From contig NC_091999.1 in the NCBI RefSeq assembly GCF_044704955.1, positions 22,940,001 through 23,004,000 of the forward strand: a stretch of DNA of 64,000 nucleotides, given 5' to 3'. This DNA is from Pristiophorus japonicus. Its lineage: Eukaryota. The translations under genes were made by a program, and so were the position numbers. This document shows, piece by piece, positions 10,793 to 24,162 of this stretch. A model generated the notes under the pieces. It saw nothing but the letters and a program-made list of their open reading frames with translations. It searched no databases and was not told where the DNA came from. Position 1 is the stretch's first letter; each line of letters begins with the position of its first letter.

Positions 10793-13700
10793 ACTCTTTT
10801 AGGAGTAAACAAAAGAATTAAACCGTGCCCCCCGATCTGTGGGAAACACCAACATTTACAAGTCCCTTTTTTTAATTTTTGGTTTTTTTTTGGGGCACAG
10901 AATCAATTTTTTTTCCAAGTGCCCCCTATAAAAGGGAAGGGGGACACTAAAAGCACCGGCAAATAAAACAAATTAACTTAAAAATATAAAATCAAGTTAA
11001 AATTTGGTTGCCGGGCGTGATGATGCACTCCAGTCCCTCCGGTGCCCACCTCTCGCGGAAGGCCGCGAGCGTACCGGTGGACGCCGCGTGCTCCATCTCC
11101 AAGGACACCCTAGACCGGGTGTATGCGCAGAAGAGAGGCAGGATGTCTGGCTGAACGAACCCCTCGACCGCCTGCTGCCAGGACCGGCTGATGGCCCCCT
11201 TGGCCGTGCCCAGGAGCAATCCTACGAGGAGGCCCTCGGACCTACGCGCTCCCCTCCGCACAGGGTGCCCGAAGATCAGGAGTGTGGGACTGAAGTGCAG
11301 CCAGAATTTCAGGAGCAGCCCCTTTAAATAACAGAACAGGGGCTGCAACCACGTGCACTCAATAAAAACATAGAACACGGACTCTTCCAGACCGTAGAAA
11401 TTGCAGGCGGCCTGGGAGCCCGTGAACCGGCTTAAAAATTTATTGCACGGCACTGCTCCGTGCACCACCCTCCAGGCCAATTCCCCGACAAATAGTGGGA
11501 GGACCCCTGCGTAGAGTGCCCTCCATCGAGGACCCCCGCCTCCTCCGCACGGCAAGATGGTACGCCATGGCGTGTAAGGACGGCAGGCGAGGATGGCAAA
11601 GTTGATAGTGTGTAGGAGCAGCCCGTACAGGAAACCCCTCCGCGCGGAACTGAAAGGCATGGAGGAGATTTCCTCGAGGCGGCACAAGTTGTGAGGCGCC
11701 TGCTCCCGAGGGAGGTTCCGTGGTTTGGCGCCAATGAGGAATTCCGTCCAGACGGGGGTCAGTTCAGACGGGATCTCCCCACGTGCTTGAGCCTCCTCGA
11801 TGCACCTAAAGGAGTCGGGGCCCAGAGCTGTTTTTCGCGACTCGATGGCATCGGCTGCGTAGCGGGCGTTGGCAGAATTTAGGCGCCGCGCCAGCGTATC
11901 TGGCGCCATCCAGCCCGATCCTCCGCCATCGAGCAGGTCCCTCACCCTGGTCACCTCACCAGCCACAGCCCTCTCGTCCGACCGCCACTTAAAACCTTGG
12001 TCGTGGAGGTACGGATTCCCGAGCAGCGGCTCCTGCAGGACGGCCGCCACTCCAGCTGGTGGAGAGCTGCGCTTGGTGGAGACTTTGTTCCAGACACTGA
12101 TGAGTTCCTTGTAAAAGACAGGCAGCTCCCGGCGGGCTGTCCTGACGCCCCCCACACTCACAAACAGGAGCTGCGTGTCGTAGTTGAGGCCGTGCTGCTC
12201 GCGGAAGAAATACGTCACCAGAGAATGCCACCGAGGAGTGGGATCAAAGTAAAGGTATCTCTGCAGGGTCTGAAGATGGAAAGTCGCGAGCTGGGCGCTG
12301 ACGCACACCAACGACTGACCGCCCTCCCCAAGCGGTAGACTCAAGACCGCGGCAGAGACCCAGTGCTTCCTGTTGTTCCAGAAGAAGTCAACCAGTTTCT
12401 TCTGGATCTTGGTGACAAACGCAGGGGGAGGGGTCAAAGTGACCAGCCGGTACCACAGCATTGCGGCCACCAGCTGGTTTATGACCAGCGCTCGAACCCT
12501 GTAGGAAAGCACTCGGAGCAGTCCTGTCCAGCGCCCTAGGCGAGCGGCGACCTTGGCCTACAGCTCCTGCCAGTTCGCCGGCCAGGCTCCCTCGTCGGGG
12601 CTAAGGTAGACTCCCCAATAGAGGAGATGGGTCGTGCTCCAGGCAAAAGGCCTGAGCTCCTCCGGCAGGGAGTCCACCCGCCACTGACCCACCAGGAGTC
12701 AGGAATATTTCTCCCAGTTGATTCTGGCGGAGGATGCAGCCGAGTAAATCTCTTGGCACTCACGCATCCTCCGCAGGTCAGCGGGATCCTCTACCGCGAG
12801 GAGCACATCATCGGCGTAAGCCGAGAGGACGACTTCCACGCCCGGCCCTTGCAGAGCCAGTCCCGTCAACCTCGTCCGGAAGAGGCGCAGGAAAGGCTCC
12901 ACGCAGACGGCATATAACTTGCCGGACATGGGGCATCCCTGTCGCACCCCTCTCCTAAAGCGAAGGGGCGCCGTCAAGGACCCGTTAACCTTAATCAGAC
13001 ACTCCACGGCGGCGTACAAAAGTCGGATCCGGGTGACGAAATGAGTCCCGAAGCCGAAAGCGCGCAGAGTTCCGAGCAGATAGTTGTGATCCACCCTGTC
13101 GAACGCCTTCTCTTGGTCAGGGGATAGGAAGGCGACCGACAGACCAGCCTCCTGGGAACAATGGATGAGGTCCCGGACCAGATGGATGTTATCTTTGATT
13201 GTCCGGCCCGGGACCGTGTAGGACTGGTCGGGGTGGATCATGTTGTCCAGCACGGCACCAAGGCGAGCAGACATCGCCCTGGCAAAGATTTTGTTGTCCG
13301 TGCTGAGGAGGGAGACCGGGCGCCAGTTCTTAAGGAGGTGGAGATCGCCCTTCTTAGGCAGCAGGACGATGACTGCCCTGCGCCAAGAGATGGGGCATCT
13401 CCCCGGTCGCCAGACTTTCCCCCAGGACGCGCGCGTGGTCGCTCCCCAGGACGTCCCAGAATGCCCTGTGGAACTCCACGGTCAGCCCGTCCAGCCCCGG
13501 GGATATTCCCATCGAGAGCCGGTCGAGGGCACCGGTCAGCTCCGCCAGGCTTAGCGGAGCTTCCAGATTTTCGGCGCCCTCCGGGCTGACCTTCGGCAGG
13601 TCCTCCCACAAAACTCTATGCACTTCCTCGCTAGACGGATCCGGAGAGAACAGAGCCCCGTAATATTCACGTGCCCTGTTGTTGACGCCCTCCGGATCCG

Positions 13701-16700
13701 AGAGAGAAGCCGTCGTCGGCCAGCAGCGTCAAGATCTGCTTCCGGACACCCTCTCTTTTTTCCAGCGAGTAGAAGAAAGGCGGAGCCGCGGTCCAGATCC
13801 CGCAGGAACCGGATCCGCGACCTCACGAACGCGCCTCGGGACCCGACGAGCTGCAGGTCCTACAGAGCGGCCGTCTTCGCTTTGTACACCGTCCGCAGGG
13901 CCGGGGAACCAACGACTTGACCGAGACGGGACTCCAGTTCGAGCACCTCTTTTTCTAGGCGCCCGACCCTGGCCGCCCGCCTCTTGGTCGACCCCCCTCG
14001 CGTACTCTTGACAGAAGACGCGGACGTGAGCCTTGCCCACGTCCCACCATAGCCTCAAGGAGGGGAAGCCCCCCTGCTTCCTTCTCCTGTCGGCCCAGAA
14101 ACGATGGAACGAGTCCTGGAACCGTACGTCCTCCAGCAGCTGGTTGATAAAATACCACTATGCAGACCCCTTCCTCGCGCGGAGAGAAGCGAGCTCCGCC
14201 CACACCAGTTGGTGGTCCGAACACGGCACCGGCAGCATGGAGGCCGCCGGGACGCAGGAAACGTACGCCCGAGACACGTAAAGGCGGTCGACTCTGGACC
14301 ATCCTACTCCAGGCCTCACCCAAGTAAAGGCGCTGGAGTCGGGGTGGAGATTTCGCCAGACGTCCACCAAGTCGAAGGACCCGATCAGGTCCCTAAACTT
14401 CTCCATCGCCGTCATGCTCTGCGGGGCACCGGAGTGGTCCCTCGCCTCGAGGGTGCAGTTAAAATCCCTCCCGAGGACAATGCAGTCGCTGACGTCGACG
14501 GAGCCAAGAAGAGCGGACACCTATTCGAAGAAGCGCGTTTGCTGCGGGCCGGGCTGAGGGGCGTACACGTTCACGAGATGGAGCTGCACGTCCCCCAGGC
14601 GAACCGTTACGTGCAGCAAGTGGCCTGGCACGGGCTCCTCGACCCCCAAGATCTCCGGCTGAAAACGCGGGGCCAGCAAGATGGCCACCCCACTAGAAGT
14701 GGCGGTGAGGTGGCTCATGCGGACCTCTCCTTGCCATTCCAGGAGCCACGTGGCTTTGTCTCCCAGAACGGTGTGGGTTCCTTGCAGGAAGCACGCCACA
14801 TATTTCCCCTCCGGCAGGAGCGAAAAATTGTTAAATCTACGGCGTGCCTCTCTGCCGCCGTTGATGTTGAGGCTGGCTATGGTTATTTTCATGACTAGAG
14901 CATAGTGCAACCTCTATCTAACTTATTGTGGGAGGGGGAGTGGAGTCGTTTGTTGACCTCCACTCCTTCAGCAGCGCAGCGAGGAACTTTTGGAGCCGGT
15001 GCAGCTCAAGGCCTTGAGCCTTTGATAAGGGCCCGCCCGCGGCCATGGTTTTAGCGGCGGCGCGGACGGACGCGACGAGCAGCCCCGTCTCGGACCATCT
15101 TTCCAGGGCCAGACGGGCTTGGTCGCGGTTTTCCCGGCACTGGACGAAAAAGTCCCGAGTTCCTTTGCAGGAATGAGGAGGGTCTCAGCGGCGGCCGCGA
15201 GCAGATCCGCCGCCTCACTGGCTTTGGACTCTAGATCTTCTCCCGCGTCCTCCACCGAGTCCCCGTCCCCCTCCGGGAGGTTGCCGCTAGCAGCTGGCCC
15301 GTCGACCGCACGAGATGCGGCAAAGGGCCCGGCCGCTCCATCTGGCCCTGGCTCTGCCCCAATCCCACCCCCAGGATCTTCGGCAGAGGAATGCCCACTG
15401 GGCTCTTCTAAAATTGGTGCTGGGTCGGGAAGCTTCAGCGGAAGGGGTTCCTCCTCCGCCCCAGGATCCGGGGAACATGGAGAGAACTGGTTTAGGAAAT
15501 TCTCCAGGTCCATCAAGTCCCTCAGCTCCAAAGTAGGGGGCGAGGGTTGTTTTTCTTCCCCCTCCCCACCGCCACCCCCCGGCCCAGCGTGTGGCTGGAT
15601 ATTACAGTTGTCTGCAGTGTCAGTTTCTGCCGAGTCGAGCAAATCCCGGGGGAAGTTGGGTATTGGCTCGGCGGGCTCAGGTTTGGCCTTTTCGGCCCCG
15701 CCCGCCTCAGTCCCCGGGACGCTCGACCCAGCGGCTACACATTCTTCCGCTGGCCCCACGCCCCCCACGACAGGCAGATCTTTCACGCCATCCCCGGGAG
15801 GCAGCGGCTGGGCAGCCTCGACTGTCTCACCCTCCCCGGGGACAGACTCCTCTCGCCTACAGCGCAGCTTGGGGGCGCTGGTGGGGGACGCGGGACACGC
15901 GGCGGGCACCGACTTCTCCATGGAGGGATTTTGTTCGCCCTCCGCCTCATTGGAGCAGCGCCTCCTTTTGTTCCTGGGAGTGAGCGGAGGCAAGGAGACC
16001 CCCATGTCTGCCGAGGCCTCCTGCTCCACTCCCCACTTTTACTTATCATGCCCGCGCCCGAACCCCTCTGCGGTATTGATCGAGGGCTCGGGCACGGGCT
16101 CAGGGCACCCCGCGCTCGCCGGTGACGGGGTTGGGCTGAGCGCGATAAACAGATTGTCTGGCGCACCGAAGGGACCCGCCTCGAGATGTTTCGTCTTCTT
16201 CCGCGCCTTCCTTCCGGCCGGACGCTCTCCCTCCCCCCCCGCCGGAGGCCGTGAAAACAAAGGCCCCCGACGATGCCCGCGCACCGACGGCTTCCGGCAC
16301 GCGAACGCAACTAGGGGGAGGGGTGGTGGCGGCGCCAGCCTTGGCCGCTTTCGGTGGTTTGGCGGCTTTGGAGGCGGGGCAGTTCTTGCGAACGTGTCCT
16401 ACCTCCCTACAGGCATGGCACCGCACGCCGTCCGACGTCCAGAAGACGCGGTAGGCAGTCCCCTCGTGCACCACATTAAAATTGCACTCCATCATCTCCT
16501 CCCGCGCCAGCCGGACAAAGAGCTGGCGGCGGAAGGAGAACACATGGCGCAGGCTGTTCTCCCTGAGGCCGAGTGGCATGGGGTTGATCCCCGACCTTAC
16601 CTCCCCCAGTTGGTGTAGGTGAGGGAGGAGGAGCTCAGCGGGAACAAAGGGCACACACACTTCCACACACACACACACCCTCCGCGATTTTCCGGCCCTC

Positions 16701-17040
16701 GATAGGTCTTCTTTCCTCCCCCCACCGATACAACAAAGTCTATTGGGGAATGCACCAATACACACCCACCTCTGGTTGAAGAATCTTTCCCTCCTTCCAC
16801 ACAGTTGTTTTTTCCCCCTTTCTGCAACTCTTTGTAGAATTAATCAAGTTGTTGCAGTCTTCTGCTCTCCTCCTATCCCTCTGGATGAATGGTAATATAG
16901 CCCCTTCCTTCATCCTCCTATTCCTGGGCTGGTCTCAGGGCTCACTCAAGGCCTCCCAGACAGGAGCAAAGCAGGGAGTTCCTTCTCTCTCAGCAGCACA
17001 GCTCCAAGTGAATAGGCCACGCCTCCAAAGCGCCACCATT
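10793..17040 (-). mobile_element. Tx1 unit 2 (~6.25 kb) with a ~0.9-kb internal deletion removing the ORF1 N-terminus
   Basis: Colinear with units 1 and 3. At ~16652 ORF1 sequence (gggaacaaagggc) joins directly to the 5'UTR CA-tract. Confidence 0.9.
10992..14892 (-). pseudogene. Tx1 ORF2, unit 2, disrupted
   Basis: Same APE/RT/zinc-finger motifs in fragmented ORFs. Confidence 0.9.
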
Positions 17041-17223
17041 GTTCCTTGTGCATAAACTCCTTTAGGAGTAAACAAAAAACATTAAACCGTGCCCCCGATC
17101 TGGGGGAAACACCAACATTTACAATGTCCTTTTTTTTTTGGGCACAGAATTGAATTTTTATCCAAGTGCCCCCTACAAAAGGGGAGGGGGACATGAAAAG
17201 CACCGGCAATTAAACACATAAAG

Positions 17224-20200
17224 TCAAATTAAATCTTGGTTGCCAGCCGTGATGCTGCACTCCAGTTCCTCCGGTGCCCACCTCTCGTGGAAGGCCGCGA
17301 GCGTACCAGTGGACACCGCGTGCTCCATCTCCAAGGACAGCCTGGACTGGATGTATGCGCGGAAGAGAGGCAGGCAGTCTGGCTGAACGACCCCCACGAC
17401 CGCCCGCTGCCTGGACCGGCTGATGGCCCCCTTGGCCGTGCCCAGGAGCCGTCCTACGAGGAGGCCCTCGGACCTACCCGCTCCCCTCCGCACAGGGTGC
17501 CCGAAGATCAGGAGTGTGGGACTGAAGTGCAGCCAGAATTTCAGGAGCTGCCCCTTTAAATAACAAAACGGGACTGCAACCTCGTGCACTCAATAAAAAC
17601 ATGGAAGACGGACTCTTCTAGACCGCAGAAATTGCAAGCGGTCTGGGAGCCCGTGAACCGGCTTAAAAATTTATTGCACGGGACTGCTCCGTGCACCACC
17701 CTCCAGGCCAAGTCCCTGATAAATACTGGGAGGACGCCTACGTAGAGTGCCCTCCATCGGTGACCCCCGCCTCCTCCGGACGGCAAGATGGTACGCCATT
17801 GCGTGTCCGGACGGCAGGCGAGGTTGGCAAAGTTGAGAGTGTGCAGGAGCAGCCCGTACAGGAAATCCCTCCGCGCGGAACTGAAAGGCACGGAGGGGAT
17901 TTCCCCGAGGCGGCTCAAGTTGGGAGGCGCCTGCTCCCGAGGGAGGTTCCGGGGTTTGGCGCCAATGAGGAATTCCGTCCGGACGGGGGTCAGTTCGGAC
18001 GGGTTCTCCCCACGTGCTTGAGCCTCCTCGATGCACCAAACGGAGTCGGGGCCCAGAGCTCTTTTTAGCGACTCGATGGCATCGGCCGCGTTGCAGACGT
18101 TGGCAGAATTTAGGCGCCGCGCCAGCGGTCTGGTGCCATCCAGCCCGCTCCTCCACCATCGAGCAGGTCCCGGACCCTGGTCACCTCATCAGCCACAGCC
18201 TTCTCGTCTGACCGCCACAAAAAATCTCGGTCGTGGAGGTACGGATTCCCGAGCAGCGGCTCCTGCAGGACGGCCGCCACTCCAGCCGCTGCAGAGCTGG
18301 GCTTGCTGGAGACATTGTTCCAGACCCTGATGAGTTCCTTGTAAAAGACAGGCAGCTGCCGGAGGGCGGTCCTGACGCCCCCCACACTCACAAACAGGAG
18401 CTGCGTGTCGTAGTTGGGGCCGTGCTTCTGGCGAAAGAAATACATTGCCAGAGCACGACACCTAGGAGGAGGCTCGACGTAAAGATATCTCTGCAGGGTC
18501 TGAAGATGGAAAGTGGCGAGCTGGGCGCTGACGCACACCAACGACTGACCGCCCTCCCCAAGCGGGAGACTCAAGACCGCGGCAGAGATCCAGTGCTTCC
18601 TGTTGTTCCAGAAGAAGTCCACCAGCTTCTTCTGTATCTTGGCGACAAACGTAGGGGGATGGGTCAAAGTGACCAGCCGGTACCATAACATGGCGGCCAC
18701 CAGCTGGTTTATGACTGGCGCTCGACCCCTGTAGGACAGCACTCGGAGCAGTCCTGTCCAGCGGCCTAGGCGAGCGGCGACCTTGGCCTCCAGCTCCTGC
18801 CAGTTCGCCACCAACACTTCCTCGTCGGGGCTAAGGTAGACTCCCAGATAGAGGAGATGGGTCGTGCTCCAGGCAAAAGGCCTGAGCTCCTCCGGCAGGG
18901 AGTCCACCCGCCACTGACCCACCAGGAGTCCGGAACATTTCTCCCATTTGATTCTGGCGGAGGATGCAGCCGAGTAAATCTCTTGGCACTCACGCATCCT
19001 CCGCAGGTCAGCGGGATGCTCTACCGCGAGGAGCACATCATCGGCGTAAGCCGAGAGGGCGACTTCCACGCCCGGCCCTTGCAGAGCCAGTCCCGTCAAC
19101 CTCGTCCGCAAGAGGCGCAGGAAAGGCTCCACGCAGATGGCATATAACTTGCCGGACATGGGGCATCCCTGTCGCACCCCTCTCCTAAAGCGAAGGGGCG
19201 CCGTCAAGGACCCGTTAACCTTAATCAGACACTCCACGGCGGCGTGACGATATGAGTCCCGAAGCCGAAAGCGCGCAGAGTTCCGAGCAGATAGTTGTGA
19301 TCCACCCTGTCGAACGCCTTCTCTTGGTCAAGGGATAGGAAGGCGATCGACAGACCAGCCTCCTGGGAATGATGGATGAAGTCCCGGACCAGATGGATGT
19401 TATCGTGGATTGTCCGGCCCGGGACCGTGTAGGACTGGTCGGGGTGGATCATGTTGTCCAGCACGGCACCAAGGCGAGCAGACATCGCCCTGGCAAAGAT
19501 TTTGTTGTCCGTGCTGAGGAGGGAGACCGGGCGCCAGTTCTTAAGGAGGTGGAGATCGCCCTTCTTAGGCAGCAGGACGATGACTGCCCTGCGCCAAGAG
19601 ATGGGGCATCTCCCCGGTCGCCAGACTTTCCCCCAGGACGCGCGCGTGGTCGCTCCCCAGGACGTCCCAGAACGCCCTGTGGAACTCCACGGTCAGCCCG
19701 TCCAGCCCCGGGGATATTCCCCTCGAGAGCCGGTCGAGGGCACCGGTCAGCTCCGCCAGGCTTAGCGGAGCTTCCAGATTTTCGGCGCCCTCCGGGCTGA
19801 CCTTCGGCAGGTCCTCCCACAAAACTCTATGCACTTCCTCGCTAGATGGATCCGGAGAGAACAGAGCCCCGTAATATTCACGGGCCCTGTTGTTGAGGCC
19901 CTCCGGATCCGAGAGAGAGAGCCGTCGTCGGCCAGCAGCGTCAAGATCTGCTTACGGACACCCTCTCTTTTTTCCAGCGAGTAGAAGAAAGGCGGAGCCG
20001 CGGTCCAGATCCCGCAGGAACCGGATCCGCGACCTCACGAACGCGCCTCGGGACCCGACGAGCTGCAGGTCCTACAGAGCGGCCGTCTTCGCTTTGTACA
20101 CCGTCCGCAGGGCCGGGGAACCAACGACTTGACCGAGACTGGACTCCAGTTCGAGCACCTCTTTTTCTAGGCGCCCGACCCTGGCCGCCCGCCTCTTGGT

Positions 20201-21102
20201 CGACCCCCTCGCGTGCTCTTGACAGAAGACGCGGACGTGAGCCTTGCCCACATCCCACCATAGCCTCAAGGAGGGGAAGCCCCCCTGCTTCCTTCTCCTG
20301 TCGGCCCAGAAACGATGGAACGAGTCCTGGAACCGTACGTCCTCCAGCAGCTGGTTGATAAAATACCACGATGCGGACCCCGTCCTCGCGCGGAGCGAAG
20401 CGAGCTCCGCCCACACCAGTTGGTGGTCCGAACACGGCACCGGCCGCATGGAGGCCGCCGGGACGCAGGAAACGTACGCCCGAGACACGTAAAGGCGGTC
20501 GACTCTGGACCATCCTACTCCAGGCCTCACCCAAGTAAAGGCGCTGGAGTCGGGGTGGAGATTTCGCCAGACGTCCACCAAGTCGAAGGACCCGATCAGG
20601 TCCCTAAACTTCTCCATCGCCGTCATGCTCTGCGGGGCACCGGAGTGGTCCCTCGCCTCGAGGGGGCAGTTAAATCCCCCCCGAGGACAATGCAGTCGCT
20701 GACGTCGACGGAGCCAAGAAGAGCGGACACCTATTAGAAGAAGCGCGTTTGCTGCGGGCCGGGCTGAGGGGCGTACACGTTCACGAGATGGAGCTGCACG
20801 TCCCCCAGGCGAACCGTTACGTGCAGCAAGTGGCCTGGCACGGGCTCCTCGACCCCCAAGATCTGCGGCTGAAAACGCGGGGCCAGCAAGATGACCACCC
20901 CACTAGAAGTGGCGGTGAGGTGGCTCATGCGGACCTCTCCTTGCCATTCCAGGAGCCACTTGGCTTCGTCTCCCAGAACGGTGTGGGTTCCTTGCAGGAA
21001 GCACGCCACATATTTCCCCTCCCGCAGGAGCGAAAAATTGTTAAATCTACGGCGTGCCTCTCTGCCGCCGATAATGTTGAGGCTGGCTATGGTTATCTTC
21101 AT
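17224..21102 (-). pseudogene. Tx1 ORF2, unit 3, disrupted
   Basis: APE/RT/zinc-finger motifs with several frameshifts and stops. Confidence 0.9.
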
Positions 21103-21127
21103 GACTAGAGCATAGTGCAACCTCTAC

Positions 21128-23233
21128 CTAACTTATTGTGGGAGGGGGAGTGGAGTCGTTTGTTGACCTCCACTCCTTCAGCAGACCAGCGAGGAACTTT
21201 TGGAGCCGGCGCAGCTCAAGGCCTTGAGCCTTTGATAAGGGCCCGCCCGCGGCCATGGTTTTAGCGGCGGTGCGGACGGACGCGACGAGCAGCCCCGGCT
21301 CCGACCATCTTTCCAGGGCCAGACGGGCTTGGTCGCGGTGACCCCGGCACTGGACGAAAAAGTCCCAGAGTTCCTTTGCAGGAATGAGGAGGGTCTCAGC
21401 GGCGGCCGCGAGCAGATCCACCGCCTCACTGGCTTTGGACTCTAGATCTTCTCCCGCGTCCTCCACCGAGTCCCCGTCCCCCTCCGGGAGGTTGCCGCTA
21501 GCAGCTGGCCCGTCGACCGCACGAGATACGGCAAACGGCCCGGCCGCTCCATCTGGCCCTGGCTCTGCCCCAATCCCACCCCCAGGATCGTCGGCAGAGG
21601 TGTCCCCACTGGGCTCTTCTAAAATTGGTGCTGGGTTGGGAAGCTTTAGCGGAAGGGGTTCCTCCTCCGCCCCAGGATCCGGGGAACATGGAGAGACCTG
21701 GTTTAGGAAATTCTCCAGGTCCATCAAGTCCCTCAGCTCCAAAGTAGGGGGCGAGGGTTGTTTTTCTTCCCCCTCCCCACCGCCACCCCCCGGCCCAGCG
21801 TGTGGATTGATATTACAGTTGTCTGCAGTGTCAGTTTCTGCCGAGTCGAGCAAATCCCGGCGGAAGTTGGGTATTGGCTGGGCGGGCTCAGGTTTGGCCT
21901 TTTCGGCCCCGCCCGCCTCAGTCCCCGGGACGCTCGACCCAGCGGCTACACATTCTTCCGCTGGCCCCACGCCCCCCACGACAGGCAGTTCTTTCACGCC
22001 ATCCCCGGGAGGCAGCGGCTGGGCAGCCTCGACTGTCTCACCCTCCCCGGGGACAGACTCCTCTCGCCTACAGCGCAGCTTGGGGGCGCTGGTGGGGGAC
22101 GCGGGACACGCGGTTGGCACCGACTTCTCCATGGAGGGATGTTGTTCCCCCTCCGCCTCATTGGAGCAGCGCCTCCTTTTGTTCCTGGGAGTGAGCGGAG
22201 ACAAGGAGACCCCCATGTCTGCCGAGGCCTCCTGCTCCACTCCCCCCTTTTCCTTATCATGCCCGCGCCCGAACCCCTCTGCGATATTGATCGAGGGCTC
22301 GGGCACGGGCTCAGGGCACCCCGTGCTCGCCGGTGACGGGGTTGGGCTGGGCGCGATAAACAGGTTGTCTGGCGCACCGAAGGGACCCGCCTCGAGATGT
22401 TTCGTCTTCTTCCGCGCCTTCCTTCCGGCCGGACGCTCTCCCTCCCCCCCGCCGGAGGCCGTGAAAACAAAGGCCCCCGACGATGCCCGCGCACCGACGG
22501 CTTCCGGCACGCGAACGCAACTAGGGGGAGGGGTGGTGGCGGCGCCAGCCTTGGCCGCTTTCGGTGGTTTGGCGGCTTTGGAGGCGGGGCAGTTCTTGCG
22601 AACGTGTCCCACCTCCCTACAGGCATGGCACCGCACGCCGTCCGACGTCCAGAAGACGCGGTAGGCAGTCCCCTCGTGCACCACATTAAAATTGCACTCC
22701 ATCATCTCCTCCCGCGCCAGCCGGACAAAGAGCTGGCGGCGGAAGGAGAACACATGGCGCAGGCTGTTCTCCCTGAGGCCGAGCGGCATGGGGTTGATCC
22801 CCGACCTTACCTCCCCCAGTTGGTGTAGGTGAGGGAGGAGGAGCTCAGCGGGAACAAAGGGCGGGACGTTCGATAGAATGACCCTCTGCGCGGTGGCCTC
22901 GAGAGAGACCACCGGCAGGAACGTCCTGCCCACCGTGAGCCCCTTTTCAAGGGCCAGGGACACCGGTCGCTCCGACCCCAGGAAGAACACGGCCTTCCCA
23001 GACATCTTGGAGGCTGCGACAATGGTCGAGGTGCCGACTACCCCAGCCATCGCCCGCACGCACTCCTCAATGCTCATTGTGGGGTGAGTGTAGCTCTTGA
23101 CCCCGTGTTTTTTAGTTATCAGTCTGAATGGTGGCAGGGCAGCAGGAGGCGCAGGAGGTGCCGTGGATGTGGACACCGCCTGCGCATATGCCCTAGCAGG
23201 CCCTGCCACCGGCGTGGATGCGGTCGCCATCAC
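21128..23233 (-). CDS. Tx1 ORF1p, intact ~700-aa gag-like protein with a CCHC zinc knuckle
   Basis: Uninterrupted ORF. CHACREVGHVRKNC fits C-x2-C-x4-H-x4-C. Basic NLS-like RKARKKTK and RNKRRR. Confidence 0.85.
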   Translation of the reverse strand: MMATASTPVAGPARAYAQAVSTSTAPPAPPAALPPFRLITKKHGVKSYTHPTMSIEECVRAMAGVVGTSTIVAASKMSGKAVFFLGSERPVSLALEKGLTVGRTFLPVVSLEATAQRVILSNVPPFVPAELLLPHLHQLGEVRSGINPMPLGLRENSLRHVFSFRRQLFVRLAREEMMECNFNVVHEGTAYRVFWTSDGVRCHACREVGHVRKNCPASKAAKPPKAAKAGAATTPPPSCVRVPEAVGARASSGAFVFTASGGGEGERPAGRKARKKTKHLEAGPFGAPDNLFIAPSPTPSPASTGCPEPVPEPSINIAEGFGRGHDKEKGGVEQEASADMGVSLSPLTPRNKRRRCSNEAEGEQHPSMEKSVPTACPASPTSAPKLRCRREESVPGEGETVEAAQPLPPGDGVKELPVVGGVGPAEECVAAGSSVPGTEAGGAEKAKPEPAQPIPNFRRDLLDSAETDTADNCNINPHAGPGGGGGEGEEKQPSPPTLELRDLMDLENFLNQVSPCSPDPGAEEEPLPLKLPNPAPILEEPSGDTSADDPGGGIGAEPGPDGAAGPFAVSRAVDGPAASGNLPEGDGDSVEDAGEDLESKASEAVDLLAAAAETLLIPAKELWDFFVQCRGHRDQARLALERWSEPGLLVASVRTAAKTMAAGGPLSKAQGLELRRLQKFLAGLLKEWRSTNDSTPPPTIS

Positions 23234-24162
23234 GGGGTCCCTTTAAGGGCTACACCCACCCCAAAGTCACAGGCCTTAATGGATTTAAATGGCCTCGTTT
23301 AAATATTTGAACAGAGGGAGCTCTGAAAGAGGCACACCTCTCCCCTAGTTGGCAATTGGGGAGGGGCCTTGCTCCCTCTGCTCAGTTGTCTTAATTGTTT
23401 GTTTTTTTTTAATTAGGAGGAAAGGGCTCTCAGAGAGAGAGGGGAGAGACAGAGTGAGAGGGATAGAGGAAGAGTGGGGATGGGAAAGAGGGAAGCTGCG
23501 AGGGCAGTTCTCCCCTCACAGTAATGGGTGGCTGCACTCCCAGATGTCAAACAAAACAGTCTTTGGGGTGGTCTTCGGGTGGGTGGAGAAGATGTCTTCA
23601 ACTGGGGCAGCTGGAGCCACACAGGTACACACTCCCAACCATGTTAATTAGGGTGATTGAGTTTCTTCAGCCTGGTAGCTCCAGCTATACCAGGCTAGGC
23701 AATGGGGGAGGGGTGCTTCAGTGGAGTGTGGGCCTAGCTGTAGGCAAGACCCCCACACACACTTCCACACACACACACACACACCCTCCGCGATGTTCCG
23801 GCCCTCGATAGGTCTTCTTTCCTCCCCCCACCGATACAACAAAGTCTATTGGGGAATGCACCAAAACACACCCACCTCTGGTTGAAGAAGTCTTTCCCTC
23901 CTTCCACACAGTTGTTTTTTCCCCCTTTCTCCAACTCTTTGTAGAATTAATCAAGTTGTTGCAGTCTTCTTCTCTCCTCCTATCCCTCTGGATGAATGGT
24001 ATTATAGCCCCTTCCTTCATCCTCCTATTCCTGGGCTGGTCTCAGGGCTCACTCAAGGCCTCCCAGACAGGAGCAAAGCAGGGAGTTCCTTCTCTCTCAG
24101 CAGCACAGCTCCAAGTGAATAGGCCACGCCTCCAAAGCGCCACCATTGTTCCTTGTGCATAA

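Larger units (their letters stand above)
17056..24147 (-). mobile_element. Tx1 unit 3 (full length, ~7.09 kb)
   Basis: Complete 5'UTR, ORF1, ORF2 and 3'UTR. Confidence 0.9.
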
